A DNA stretch of 63,985 nt, filler included, from Phoronis australis (lineage: Eukaryota; Animalia; Phoronida): NCBI GenBank assembly GCA_002633005.1. It is 7 parts of 7 records of this genome, joined end to end, with 100 filler letters (N's around TTAATTAATTAA, not from the genome) between each part and the next. Parts side by side here need not be neighbours in the genome. Positions count along the whole stretch, not along the records: positions 35,926 to 48,628 come from NMRA01001623.1; positions 48,729 to 54,121 come from NMRA01000540.1; 5 more parts are not named here. One strand, 5' to 3'. Below the pieces are notes generated by a model that saw nothing but the letters and a program-made list of their open reading frames with translations, made no database searches and was not told the origin of the DNA. Of the stretch, positions 40,975 through 54,121 are shown in pieces. Each line of letters starts with the position of its first letter. The first letter of the stretch is position 1. Made by a program: the position numbers and the translations under genes.

Positions 40975-43468
40975 TGTCAGGAGTACTTGGGCCAAGAATT
41001 CAACACCATGTCCACGGCAATCTCCGCCACATTTTACTCAAAGAAGGCCGATTGTTTCCTACGTATTAACTCATCTGAAATCATTTAAATTGTGTCATAC
41101 AGGGTGCGTCGTAAAATTGCGTGATGTCACTAGTACATCATTTAATTCGAAATGCCGTGCCTCCCACGTAAAAGGGCCCGGGACGCGAAACGTAAGGTTG
41201 AAGAGGGTGGTTATTCGAGAATGCCGTCACTCTACGTGCAAAAAGAAATGTAACCAACTAATTGCGATCTCTGCGGGAAAAAGGTAAGTTTCATAGCACA
41301 GTGTACTTAAGCTAAGAACTCAAAGCCATCTCCAAGGTAATGACCGCCACTTTTCATTCAAAGATGGTCTGTTTACTTCGAATTGATGTTCTGACACCAT
41401 TTTAAATTACGTCATCCATGGTTGTATTATACAATTGCATGACGTCAGTAGTGCACCATTTAATTCAAATTGCCGTGCTTTCCATGTCAAAAGAGGGTTG
41501 AGGACGTCGACACTTGAGGAGGTAAAGTCAAGAAGACTGTAAGTCTTGACGCGTGCAAAAAGATCTATTACAATCAATTTGTGATGATGAGCATATGCTT
41601 GACAGCACCGTGTACTTAAGAACTCAACGCTACCTCCCCTACAATATCCACCACCTTTCATTCAAAGATGATGAACTGTTTCCACCAAAGTTATACTCGT
41701 CTGGCATTATTTAAATTGCGTCATACATGTACAGGGTTGCAAGATAAAATTGCATGAAGACACTAAAACATCATTGAATTCAAAATGCCATGCTTTCCAC
41801 GACAAAATAGGGTCAGGGACGTGAAAGGTGATGTTGAGCAAGAGGGTAATTCATGAAAACCACCATTCTTGAAGAGGGAAAAGAGATATATCACTAACAA
41901 ACTGTAATCTCTTTGCAGGAAAAAGGGTGTGCTCGACAACACAATCTACATAAGCTAAGAACTTAACGACACTGCCCGCCACCTTTTCTTCAAAGATGAC
42001 AAACTGTTTCCTTCGAATTGATCATCTGACATCTTTTGCATTACGTCATAAAAAGCTGTGTCATTAAATTGGATGATGTCACTAATACATCATTTAATTC
42101 AAAATGCCGTGCTTTCCACGACGAAAAGGGACTTGAACGGTGATGTTGAAGATGAGCATAATTCAAGAAAACTTATTCTTGAAGCATGCAAGAGAAATAT
42201 CACCAAGAAGTTGAGGCCTCTTCGTGGGAAAAGGGTATGTTTGACAACACAATGTATTTAAGCTAAGAACTCAATGTTTTTTCCACGACAATATTCGCCA
42301 CCATTTATTAAAGATGGCTGACTGTTAGCTATGAATTTACCCATATGACATTAGTTAAACTGCGTCATACATGGTTGCGTCATTAAATTGCATGATGTCA
42401 TTAATACATCATTTAATTCAAAATACCGTGCTCACCACGTAAGAAGAGGGACGGTGACGTGGACGGTGATGTTGAGGATAGCAATTCAAGAAGACCATCA
42501 TTCTTGAAGAGTGGAAACAGAAATATCACCAACAAATGTATTTTTCTGAAACTCCCTCGATCCCCCTACACCCGACAACCTCTCGATCCACAACCACTGG
42601 ACCCAGTCTACACAAGCTCGACTCGATTTGAACATAGAACGAGCGCTAACTTGCAGGACCAACGAGTCGCACTGTGAGCTCGGCTGGCTTTTCCCTGCTT
42701 TTTTGCAATAAAGAGATTCGATTCGGCAAGTTTGAAAGCCAAAACAAGAAAAAAGCAACGCGACCAGATGAAATCAAAGACCTACCAACGTTACAAATGT
42801 CGTCTCGTCTGCTCTTCAGTGAATGGTAGATTCAACCTTTTTGGGAGTGTGCGAGGAACCGACGAATATGTAATTTCTCCAGTAAACACAGTTTGAAAAA
42901 ACAAACTGTTGACTTAAAAGTATCTCAACGTTATATGGAATAGACAACAAAGCAAACAATAAAATGTGAAATTATGTGCATTCATGTTAAGTACTCAATT
43001 CCCAATTTTTGTGGAACTGGGCCATTGGTAAGCGCTCGCGGAACTATTTCCGTGACAACGACAGCACGCTCACAATCGTCTATTTCTGATCACGTTCTCA
43101 CGCTACTTTCTGTTTTTAACCATCAGACCTGAGCCAGAGCAGATTCGCGACTACATACGTATTATGGGAATGTCATTCAGCGACGCAATAGGATTATGAA
43201 ATGATGCAAAGGTACATCTATTAATAGTCGTGGGTCGAAGTGGTTCTGGGTCGTCGGACGTGGGGGTTGTGGGTCGAGAGGGTCGTGAGTCGAATGGGTC
43301 GTGGGGTGTGGGGGTCGAGGGGTTTTAGAACAATACCCAATAAATTGCGATCTCCTTGCTGAAAAAGTGTATGTTCGATAGCACAATCTGCGTAAGGTAA
43401 GAACTCAACGCTCTCTTTACAACAATGTCGGCCAATGGTCGACTGTTTCCTACGAATATATACTCATC
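40975..43468. repeat. Old degenerate tandem repeat, ~310-325-bp unit, >5 copies, interrupted by an insertion
   Basis: Recurrent GTCATAC...AAATTGCATGA...CATTTAATTCAAAATGCCGTGCTTTCCAC at ~41094, 41411, 41720, 42045 and 42364; the last unit resumes at 43339. Confidence 0.85.
42536..43338. mobile_element. ~800-bp non-autonomous TIR element with CTCGACCC-type subterminal repeats
   Basis: GTATTTTTCTGAAACTCCCTCGA...TCGAGGGGTTTTAGAACAATACCC; candidate 5-bp TSD AACAA/AATAA. Confidence 0.65.
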
Positions 43469-43665
43469 TGGGCTGGGTTGCATAAAACTTCTAAATTATC
43501 CGCTGGATAAGTTTGATTGTTACATGACGCCATGTGCATTGCTCAATCAACCTGACGCGTGATAATGCGACGTCATTGTTGCTATACGGCGTATAACTTT
43601 TATGCAGATGTGATCAATCAAACTTATCCAGCGGATAATACTGAATTTCTATGTAATCCAGCCTG
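43469..43665. mobile_element. Harbinger-like MITE, inverted relative of 7328-7477
   Basis: GGGCTGGGTTGCATAAAA start; GATAATGCGACGTCATTGTTGCTATACGGCGTATAACTTTTATGCA matches the reverse complement of the 7.3-kb unit. Confidence 0.7.
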
Positions 43666-44275
43666 GGCCCGGTGCCTTATGTCAGACTCAAACTCGAACT
43701 CGGAATCTCATTTTTTACTCGACTGGAGTCCAAACTCGAAATAGGCGTGCCTAATGTCAGACTCGGAAATTTTTTGGCTCGAAATTAGGAGTTTTGACTC
43801 CAAATTTCGAGTTTGCTAAGCTAGCGTACTTGAAATCGCACTCGAAATTAAAAATGGTAGACAGGCATTATTTAAGAAATAGAGGCAGAGAACGGGCAGC
43901 TACGCTCCTAGGGCGAAGACCACCTCCAGACAGACAAAACCCGTTGGAGAGCCTGAGTAGCGAGGAAGTATTCCGTAGGTACCGCTTCGTACCCAACACT
44001 ATAGTCTTCATATTAAATCTAATCAATCTGAACCAATATCACAGCAACACATCGTTACCGTCACTTTACAAACTCCTCCTGACCCTCCGCTTCCTCGCCT
44101 CAGGCTCTCATTACACCCTCGTCAGGGAATCTGATGTTCGGCAAATCGACCGTGGGACGAGCAATCCGTGAAGTTTGCTGTGCGTTGATTAAGACCGCCG
44201 GCCACTCTGTGGCATTTCCAACGGGATATAACGCAAGGATAACCAAGTGATTTTCTAGTTTTTGCCAAGTGCTAC
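43666..44275 (+). mobile_element. PIF/Harbinger transposase N-terminal fragment
   Basis: NPLESLSSEEVFRRYRF...KLLLTLRFLASGS, then after a frameshift GKSTVGRAIREVCCAL...FP; typical HARBI1-like HTH region. Confidence 0.8.
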
Positions 44276-47200
44276 TAAACGAAGGTTTTTAAGTTGATTT
44301 TTATAATTTTTTTATACCAAAGTAACTTAATGTTGTGTGACGGGCTCGCCCTCCCTTTGCGAATTGACCTATCGCAAGCTCCGCCCCTATGCGAAAAGTC
44401 ACGTGATACCCGACATTCGAACGAGATGTCAGAGGCAAATACACTTTCGCTAAACGACGTACCTGGTGGAATCGATGAGTGTTTATGCACTATTTGAAAA
44501 CGCTTCGACAGAGACAAGAGGCGATGCTTTTCAACAGAGAATCGTACATGTACGTTCATGATATGGGAATTTGTAAAGGTGACGATGAAAAAATGGCTCG
44601 AGGAGCCAGCGAAAATCCGAAGTACCCCTCTGCCTCGGCGCCACCTTCACCTAGCAAATGACAAGGCCACTGATACGATATGTTCATGTAAAGCTGGGTA
44701 TGTACCTTCAAGTCTAATTATCTGTACGATTCCTTAGATTTCATGATCTTTCTGATAAAATCAGTAAAGATTCACCGGTATTTTTATTCTGTCGTCTGCT
44801 AAATTTCGCCAAATAAAAAAGGTCACAACTGGTGGGACTCCCGGAGTAAAGTAGGTCATAGATTACAGACAACACATGCACTATAGTCTCTGACTAGGTC
44901 GACTCGACAGCACTGTTTACGCTTTTCTAATCTTGTAACGAAATATTTTGATCAAAAAAATTCAGGTTCATAGCTCATGTACACATTCATCTCGTCCTAG
45001 GCAAACAGTTAGCTCCAGCGGGGTAGGTCTAGGGCTGTGTCTAAGTCAGTCAAGTTAATGTCTGGAACTCAGTGTCGAATCTAGGATACCACAAGGGGGG
45101 TCCAACATGTTGCCTCGTGGAATTGGGCAAAGTGCAATTGTATGTACACAGGCGGCCCGAAAGTTGCAGGGGCCTGGGATGCAGACCTTTGGACCTTCTG
45201 TTCAGAAAATCTATCGGTGGACTAAAAAAAACAGGAACACGATTCCGCCGCGATCTGGGGTCTGAACCCCCCTCTTCCGCTACCGGTCCTAGTTACTGAA
45301 CTCAATATTTCCTCACGCTTCACGCTCTTGCTGTTTCATTTTGCTTGGGGGGGCTGGGGCCCCTGCCCCCACCCCCTAAATCCGCCTATAGAATTGTTTG
45401 CACCATTAAGACATTTAAATTAGGCCTACCTTCTTACGAACTTGGCCTTTTTTGTAGTTTCATTCCATAAAGGTAGCTTTCATTTAATTTTGAAGGTAGC
45501 ATAATTACTAAGTCGTGGTATGGTTACAACTTGAAAGATTACAAGTCTGGTGTGGTAGTTGCAAAAATAGGGTATTTACAAAAATAACTCAAATTCTTTT
45601 TAAAGCTTCATAAAATCTAAATATCATGTCTGAACAACTTCAAAATGAGCTCTGTCTAACTCTACAGACATAGTGTATACTAGAGGTATACGTCAAAAAG
45701 TAATTAAACAGTTTATGTTTAGTGACAACAGCTCGACCAAGACTTTGAGTTACCGGCAGTAATCCAGTGCCCCTCCCTGCATGTGCAGATCGAGTCTCTG
45801 AATTTTGACCGGGAGAGAAGATCAGCTGAACGCCAACCTACGGGTTTATGAATAACAAAAACGTACCTCTGTTAGGTTGAAATAAATAAAAAAAATAAAA
45901 TAAAAATGTCCTTGAAAACAACAATTTCCGAGGACTATACCGCTAGAGTGCTGAGATCCAGCAGGTGTCGAGACAAAGGCGGCCAGACGTAGGAATCACA
46001 ATCTGAGATAGCCCTTCACCATATGGCCACCAAGCTGAAAAGTGCGTATCTTGGAACTAATATATTTGTGTTTATTATAACCTTCGAGTTACCAAGCATC
46101 ATCGCTAAGTTCAGCTGCTCGTGTGGTCGTACAGTTTGATCCATAGTTTACGCTTTTCAACATCATTTTTCGGCTTAGGACATGCCAAAAATGACGGGAT
46201 ATTATTCTGGAGCAGCATAACGGCTGTCGGGGCTACACACGCCATATCAACACCGTTTTCACTTTCTTAGCGGACAATTTCTTGAGCTATAGACTAAAGT
46301 AAGTTTTACTCGACTACGTGTGGTTTGTCGGGTATAATGGCGGCTTGGAAACGCAGACGAAGGTGTGCCAAGAATGCTTTGTTCTGATTGGTCAATTAAG
46401 CTGTCCGTCATAATCATGGCGATAGGTCAATTATAGACAGTTTCGCGCCACTTTTTTAATTGACTCTTCCTATAGGGGGTGCTTTATTACGTCACTTATG
46501 TGCATTCTTTTGGTCTATAAAAAGCCGCGCACAAGCAGTTTTGGCGGGCTGTCTGGGGTTTGAAACCCGCTCCAGTCCAATCTAGCAATATGAGTGACGT
46601 CTTGTAAGTCTCCTTTAGTTTCTTCTAAGTTTTAGTGTTGCTTAATAGTTTTTGATAAATTCTTTCTCATAACCTCTGTTTGTAATTTTCGACAACATCA
46701 ATCAATAAGAATGTATTTTTAATCACTTCAAATCTCCTTTTACTCCTGCTTTTTAAATATCCAAACTTCAAAACGACTGAGCGTCTATCCGTCAGGTCGA
46801 CACCAGCGGTCATCCACGACATACATACATGTAAAACACCACGCTGCATATAACACCATCGCTACATTTTTGGTGCCCGCGGCCCATAGATAGATTTTCA
46901 AACTCAGCCAATTAAATTATATTTATTTTAGATACATTCATAGCACCTTAGTCTTCTGCCTTGACACAAACCTTTCAATGGAAAATGGACAGGCGGTAAG
47001 ATAATTTGACTGACCTACCTTGTTGGAGTTTTGTCCGTCGTTCAAACAATCTCCATTAGAATCCTGCTAATAAATCCCATGAATTTTCTCGCATGTACAC
47101 CAGTGGTAGTAATACAAACGAACACACTGCTTTAGTATGCAAATATTTTCATTCGTAGTTCTGAACTGAAACCACAACAACTTTAAAGTCCTCTCACGCG

Positions 47201-49115
47201 TTGTTAACCCTTATTACATGGTTAGAAGATGTTATAAGGATCCAAGAAGTACCTACCCCATAACTAATACACGATCCGTACTCGAAAACAGTTTAATTGA
47301 ACGCGCCACTCACGATTCGCACCCGAAGAAACGCCGCCATTTTGAACTTGCCGCGAACCCGGAAGTACAATTCATTCAGGAACCCAGGCGGAGAAAACGC
47401 CGTCAGTGCGACTGGAGCAGTGCCTGTACTGTTACCAGCCAGCAAACGGGGATAAAAAATCGACAGCCTCAGTTACCAGCTACTTAAGATACAGCTTGTT
47501 AGTAGGCCTATACAGCTTTGCGCCAAGACTACCCTTAGGCCTAACTGGTCGCTGGCCTCAAACACAAAAACACAAAAATAACACCAGAATTTGAGAAGCA
47601 TCATTTAAAAAATATGAAGTTGCAAGGAACAAGAATTAGAGGCTTGAAGCTTCACAATCCAACATAGCTTATTTCTCAAATTAAGATTATTCATATTGTT
47701 GACTGATAACCTGAAATAATTCGAATATATCTTATATTTTTGCACAAAAAACACGAAAATTGAACAAAGTTTCTTTTTTGTAGCAACGTTTGTCAAAATG
47801 TATCAAGGTTAAATCCTCACAAATTACAAAGTAGCCGATTGAACATGCCTTTCAGTTCAGCAAAAGTCGACATTCAGTTGTAGGTGCCGCCAGAAATGAG
47901 ACGAAGTCCAACGGGAATTGTGAGCACATTTATCACTTAATGAGTAACAACTGTGAGGCTGAAATTTGGCGAACACTGTGTAATCGTGCAGAATAGTAAG
48001 TAAAGGTATGTCTAACTAAATTTCACCGTAATTTGTTGGCGAAAACAATTTACACAAAGTTTTAAACTCGTAACTTATCCCGCTGTCCTCCAATATGGCC
48101 GACGCGATCCTAACAAAGTGAACCAAATTTCGCCACAAAACTTGCAATAACTTTACAGTGCTTGCCCGATTTTGATACTTTTTCGATTTTTACTGAGTAG
48201 AATGCACTACCTTTCCGATGATAGCAAAGTACTTTTTCAAAACGAGAAAAAAAATAAAACCGAAAAAAATAGGTTCGACCCCTACTGGTTCCTAGGTTCG
48301 ACCGGCCTGTACGTAAGGAACTAAACACCAATGCTATTTTAACATACTAAGTACGCTTAACATTCCAAAAAAACATCAACGACCACTAACTACAAACTAT
48401 AAATACACTACATATGCAAACGAATCACGAGATATTACCAACAAAACAAAATAATGAAGACTTTTCGAGCAAGCGATAGCACATTCAGTTACAAGGAAAA
48501 AATGGCGGCTTTCAGGACAAGTTCCTGAACTGATGAGCCGGAAATGTGGGTACGGAAATAACCGATGACAACCAGTAATCATACGCTCAAAGAGAAGGGT
48601 CAAATACTGTTCAAAAATCGCTTTTGGCNNNNNNNNNNNNNNNNNNNNNNNNNNNNNNNNNNNNNNNNNNNNTTAATTAATTAANNNNNNNNNNNNNNNN
48701 NNNNNNNNNNNNNNNNNNNNNNNNNNNNGTAAGGGAACACAGCGGTTAAATCGGTCAGATACGTGTTTATTGTACATGCATGTGCTTGAAGCACGCGGCT
48801 ATTAAACCTGACTGCAGAAACGAAATAGTTGCTGCGACGCCAGTTGCATGACAAGGCTAAAACCGTTCACAGTCCGCCCTTTTTTCACGGTGTTGTAAAG
48901 CTAACCAATGACTGCTGAGGTTACATCAACCAATGCTAAAGCGTGATACGTGCAAGCTGGCCAGGCACGTAGGGGACCACCAAGTATTCAGTCAGAATAA
49001 AATACAGTTCCCTTTTATGATGAAAAAGCCAGTCTATCGCAGAAAGTTGTAAAATTCGTAGATCAATTGCGAGTGACCGTCAATGACACACGCATTTTTG
49101 TTGATTCATCCCTTA

Positions 49116-49285
49116 CAGGGGCGGATTCAGGATTTTGAGTTAGGGGGGCCGGGGGGGGGGGCCAGGGCAGAGTATTAGCCAGGATTCTGCCCGTCAGACA
49201 TTCGCACCCCCGTACTGCCAAATGGAATCTGGGAGGATTTTAGGGGGGGCTATGGCCTCCTTGGCCCCCTCTAAATCCGCCACTG
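49116..49285. mobile_element. 170-bp MITE with hAT-like termini and 5-bp TSD
   Basis: CCTTA-CAGGGGCGGATTCAG...CTAAATCCGCCACTG-CCTTA; relatives near 28545, 33486 and 45375. Confidence 0.75.
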
Positions 49286-51289
49286 CCTTAGCACGGTGGT
49301 AATTATTATTGCCTTTGGTTATTTGTTCGTCAACCGGCCAACACAGTGCCCTAATGACAAATTTGGAACTTAAGTTATCCAGAGTTTTGCCTCTCCATCC
49401 TCTCTCTTTATCAATTTCTCCATTGTCTCATTTTATCCGTTCTCGACACATGCCATTTCTAATTATTTAAAACAGAGTACTTACTCATTGCTTTTCTTTG
49501 AAAACACAGGAGCGCTTAGTGTGATGATTAGACCAAGGCCTCCTAAATCTAAGTACGGCTCAGTAACGCTTACTTTGGTTTGGTTACTCCGTGTCTTGGC
49601 GATGTTCATTCGAAAATTTAACTCTTTCAGATTACTTTTTAAATCTGATTCTTCATTTATCTACAAATAATTTATACTGGACAGTCGATCATAAACTATA
49701 AAGGAGCTCATGCTTAATCTATAAATCATTTATAGAAAATTGCTGAAATATTCCCCCTTTGTTGAAGAGCGGTCTTACTCCTAATGGAGATTGATGACCG
49801 ATTACCACAAGATGTACACGCCTTGTGCCGGTGTTCCCAGACAGCAGCTCCAGGTTTTAAATTTAAACTCCACTCCTCTGCGTTTATTCAACCACAAATC
49901 CTCTCGAACACCTGTCTCAAACCATAGAACTGGACGAATAGAATGCCAACTCCCGCACGACACCCATGCATTCTAATGTTAGAACTTAAGATTTCACGGG
50001 ACTGGCCGAGAGAACTTGCATTGTGTCTCATTGTCCGCTCGACTGAGTTTTGACCCAGTGTTGTAGATATCAAGTCAAGACTTATTTCACGCCATCACTT
50101 TCATCTTGTCATGTTTAATCATAATAAAATCAGAGCGGAGACTCTTGATGTATACGGTTTCAGATACATGTAACACGGTTTTTTCTGGACAAAACTTGTC
50201 AACAAACCCGTCTTAACATGCACCGACACGTGGCTCTAGCTGGATGACAGTCGTAGGCTAGCCTCTGATACAGTGTACATGTATCTAGTCAGCTCCAGGC
50301 TTGGAATGCGTTAGGTATATTAGGAGTAAACAGTCATCTTTTGGACTGCAGTGGTAACCGAGGCGCTCCTTTACGACTACTGCTCAATGTTTTGTACAGT
50401 AACTCGTTTTATTGGTAATGATTCCGGCGACCTCTTTTGTTTGAATTCTTGTTCATGCAATACATGCGGCATTGTACCGGGACTTATCTGTTATGCTAAA
50501 GCTGAAGTGAAAATCTAGTTCTTAGTAATTGCCATAGTCTCATGACCGTTTAAAAAATTGGTTTCGCCGAAACGGAATCACCCTAGAAGTGTACCCGTAG
50601 CAGTACAGTTCGAACTAGCACAAACATTCAACCCGTAAGAGCGCGATCAAATGTGAAAGTAACTGAGCCTACCGAATGGTTCAGGAGTATGGTAGCCGTC
50701 AAAACCCTGGCAACTTGCGTGTCTGCAAGTAATTGGATGAGGTAATAAGGCGTCCCCATTTTCTGAGTAAGACAATATACATTGCCCCCGTTTGAGTGGT
50801 GCACGTATCTTTAGCACAGTCGATGCCAAAGGCGGTTTCTTACAACTTGCACTAGAACATGAATCTAGCTACCTCACCATCATGTGAACCCCTCACGGCC
50901 GATACTGTTGGCTGCGTATGCTATTTGGCATTCGGTCCGAGCCCGAGGAATTATCCACTCAACCAACTGAAACACTTAAAGGTTTACCCAACATTGAGAT
51001 GTATGGTACCGGATGTCCAGACGCGGAATCCATAACGATAAATCGTCGTGAGAGACCGTCCGGAGACGGTCTGGGGTCAACAAAAAACCACAGTTCAACT
51101 ATGAGTCTACACCGATGTGATAAACGAGAGTAGTTCTACTTGCTGCGTCAGCAGCAGGTATGCTTGTCTCTTTTATGACACACAATGTGTGACCAGGCAA
51201 AGTGTTTTCAAAATAATGTTGATAAATCAGTGGAGTGTGAGACCCCTGAGGGCCCTGTCAGGTCCTCAAGACAATTCTACGTTATGCTG

Positions 51290-53365
51290 TCAAACAACAC
51301 GATGAAGCTTTCATTAAGTTGCTTAATCGAGCCCGCCAAGGAAACCTGAAGTTGAGCAAGATAAAGTTGAAATGAACTCCGTCGCGTACATGGGCCACAT
51401 CGTAAGCGACAAGAGTCTCCTGTCCGACTCCGACAAGGTAAAGGCTATAACCGAAACACAAAAAACCCTGAAATCCTAACGTTCAAGGCGTACAACGCAT
51501 TCTTGGTATGGCAAACTACCTCAGTACGTTTCTGTCACATTTATCTGACATGTGCGAAGCAATAAGTCGTCTCTGTGACAAGAACAAATCGGTTGTCTGG
51601 TGTTTTCTGTACGATACGGCGTTTGATAAATTGAACGCTGCTCTTTCATGTTCCCCTGTGCTGAGATATGACGTAAACCTAACGGTAACAATTGAGTGAG
51701 GCGCTAGCTCGACAGGTTTAGGATGTGTTCTGATACAATAAGGCCAACCTGTTTCGTTTGCTAGTCGTAAATCACCGCGTACCGTACAGAATTATTACCA
51801 GCTAGAAACATAATGTCTAGTGATTTGTTTTGCTCTGAGAAGTTCGAAAAATTTTGCCTTGCCATAGGTCATAGTTACTTCCGATAACAAGCCGCTCTAT
51901 GCCTTTTTTGCAAAGTTTATTCTCACGGCACCGAAAAGGCTCCAACGATTGCGACTACGCATACAGAAATACGATCTTAAGGTACAATACACACGAGGTT
52001 CCGAGATGTTCGTGTCTGATACTCTCAGCAGAGCTCATCTTCCTACTGACTGTTGTATCCTATATCTCCATACCACATGAGAACACTAGAATGTTAATCC
52101 CTTAGATGGAGCGTCCATCTCGGACGACCGCCTTCGACGCATTTGAGAAAACACTGCGAAGGATGAAGCACTCTACCCGCTGATGTATCTGTGCAACGTC
52201 GGATGGCCGCACTTCAAGGCATTCAAGTGATCCAACGCCTGTGTTGAGACATGTTATCCTGGCTCCGAATGGTGTCAAAAATCCACGATTTAGTAAGTCA
52301 ATGCGATACCTTAATGACTCAGTGACAATAATGTTTAGGAACCAATGATGAGCCATCCCGTATCGACACACCCCTATTAGATTGTAAGCTCTGGCCAAGT
52401 TGAGAACAAATCTTGCTACTACGCAGTAATTATCAATCACCCCAGTTATTTCATAGATTTTGACGAGATCAACGGAGCCGTCTAGCGCACTGGTCAACTT
52501 CGTGAAACGCAAGTTTTACGCACGGCATTCCGTCATAATTCCTATCTGACAATGGACCATGCTACAGTCTGGGTTAGAGTTGGCTAAATTGCTCGAAAGT
52601 ACATTTTAAGACTCCATTCAAGGTCACTGCACCATATCCACGGTAATGCTAGGGCGGAAGACGCCATAAAGGTTTGCAAACGATTTTTAACAAAAGATAT
52701 CACCGAGAAGCAAGATGTCTATCTGATGCTACTTGAACAACGCCACACGCCCACGCAAGGTATAGTATCAGTCCCATCCAACGTCTCATGTCTCGTCAAA
52801 CGAGATCGCTGTTCCCTGCTGCATCAGCTGCTTATCAACCTGAGACAGTTGACAGTGTCACGAATCAACTAGTCTGTCGTAACAAGGTTTACTACATTCG
52901 TCTTTCGTAAAAATTGCAAGATTTGCAAGTTGGTCAATCCTTTCGTGTGAAAACTCACCCGCGCTCATTCAATACGTGGCCTAAATGGTTTGTTTCAGAA
53001 GTACAGCTCTCGATCGTACGTCGTTGATTATGACGATAAGTTTTTACCGATGTAATTGACATCATGTCCGAAAACGCATACTTTGGACACTGACATTTCA
53101 CCCGCTGAGAAGCCTGCTGATGATATTACTCCAGAAAGTGCCGTTTCCAGTGCTCCTATCCAATCGCACACACCTGAAGGAATGGAGCAAAGTACCCGCT
53201 CTCGACGATTACTTCGACTTAGCTTGTGTTTAAGTTCGCCAAGTAGTGTAACCTACTTGGTTTTCCACTGTAAGATGTCTTACGGGCACTTACGTGTGTC
53301 CACCCATTACTGTTATGATATTTTATCTTCTAAGAAAGGGGTGTAGATGACGTCATGATGGCGGG
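51290..53365 (+). mobile_element. Heavily decayed Gypsy pol (RT end, RNase H, integrase) with PPT and start of 3' LTR
   Basis: VAYMGHIV, VQRILGMANYL, SPVLRYD, ASSTGLGCVL, QPVSFASR, SDNGP, QRLMSRQTRS; AAGAAAGGGG|TGTAG at 53332-53346. The element may begin near 50350. Confidence 0.8.
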
Positions 53366-53456
53366 AAGGTCGAATTTCTGACACTCCCGAAGTCTCCCCA
53401 ATAATTATGCAGAAATATCTAAACTGACGGGATAAACGTCTTCAGATCAGCTACAC

Positions 53457-54121
53457 ATGAGTGGTAAAACTAAGGAGAAGACAAAACAAGGTAGGAAACG
53501 TGTGCCTAGTAAGGACACTGAGGAACTTCGAAAGTCATCTTGTTTAAAATCACTGAAGCAGCCTACCATGGAAGCCATTTTGACCAAGGAAAAGCAGGTC
53601 AACGACAAAGCGTCAAAGCTTTCACTGAAAGATGACCTCAAGGAAGCCTTGATGGACGGTGAAATCCAATCTATGTTCAGAGGTCTACTGAAACCTTTAA
53701 TAGAGGATATGAGGGATGAGATTTACAAGGCCTTGGAGTTGGAATACGGCAAAAAGCTGGAAGAAAAGGACAAAAAAATAAACTCCCTGGAAAACCAACT
53801 TTCGGAATTCAAAGAAGTGTTTGAGCGACGAGCACAAAAACATGAGAATGAAATGGACGAACTTCAACAGTACAGCCGGCGAACCTGCTTGATTGTCAAT
53901 GGGGTAACAGAAACTGACGGAGAAAACACCGACGATATTGTGATCTCGCTTGCGCAAAAAATGGGAGCCTCAACCCAAAAGTCGGACATTAGTCGCAGCC
54001 ACCGACTTGGTAGAAAAGATTCACCCTCTACCAATAAGCGCCCCATAATTGTGAAATTTGTATCCTACAATGCTCGGTCTGACTTCATGAAAAAGAAGAA
54101 AAATCTAAAAGATGTCGCAAG
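53457..54121 (+). mobile_element. Non-LTR retrotransposon ORF1p (coiled coil + RRM, CR1/L2-type), open up to the gap
   Basis: ELQQYSRRTCLIVNGVTE...DISRSHRLG...RPIIVKFVSYNAR; no stops. Confidence 0.85.
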
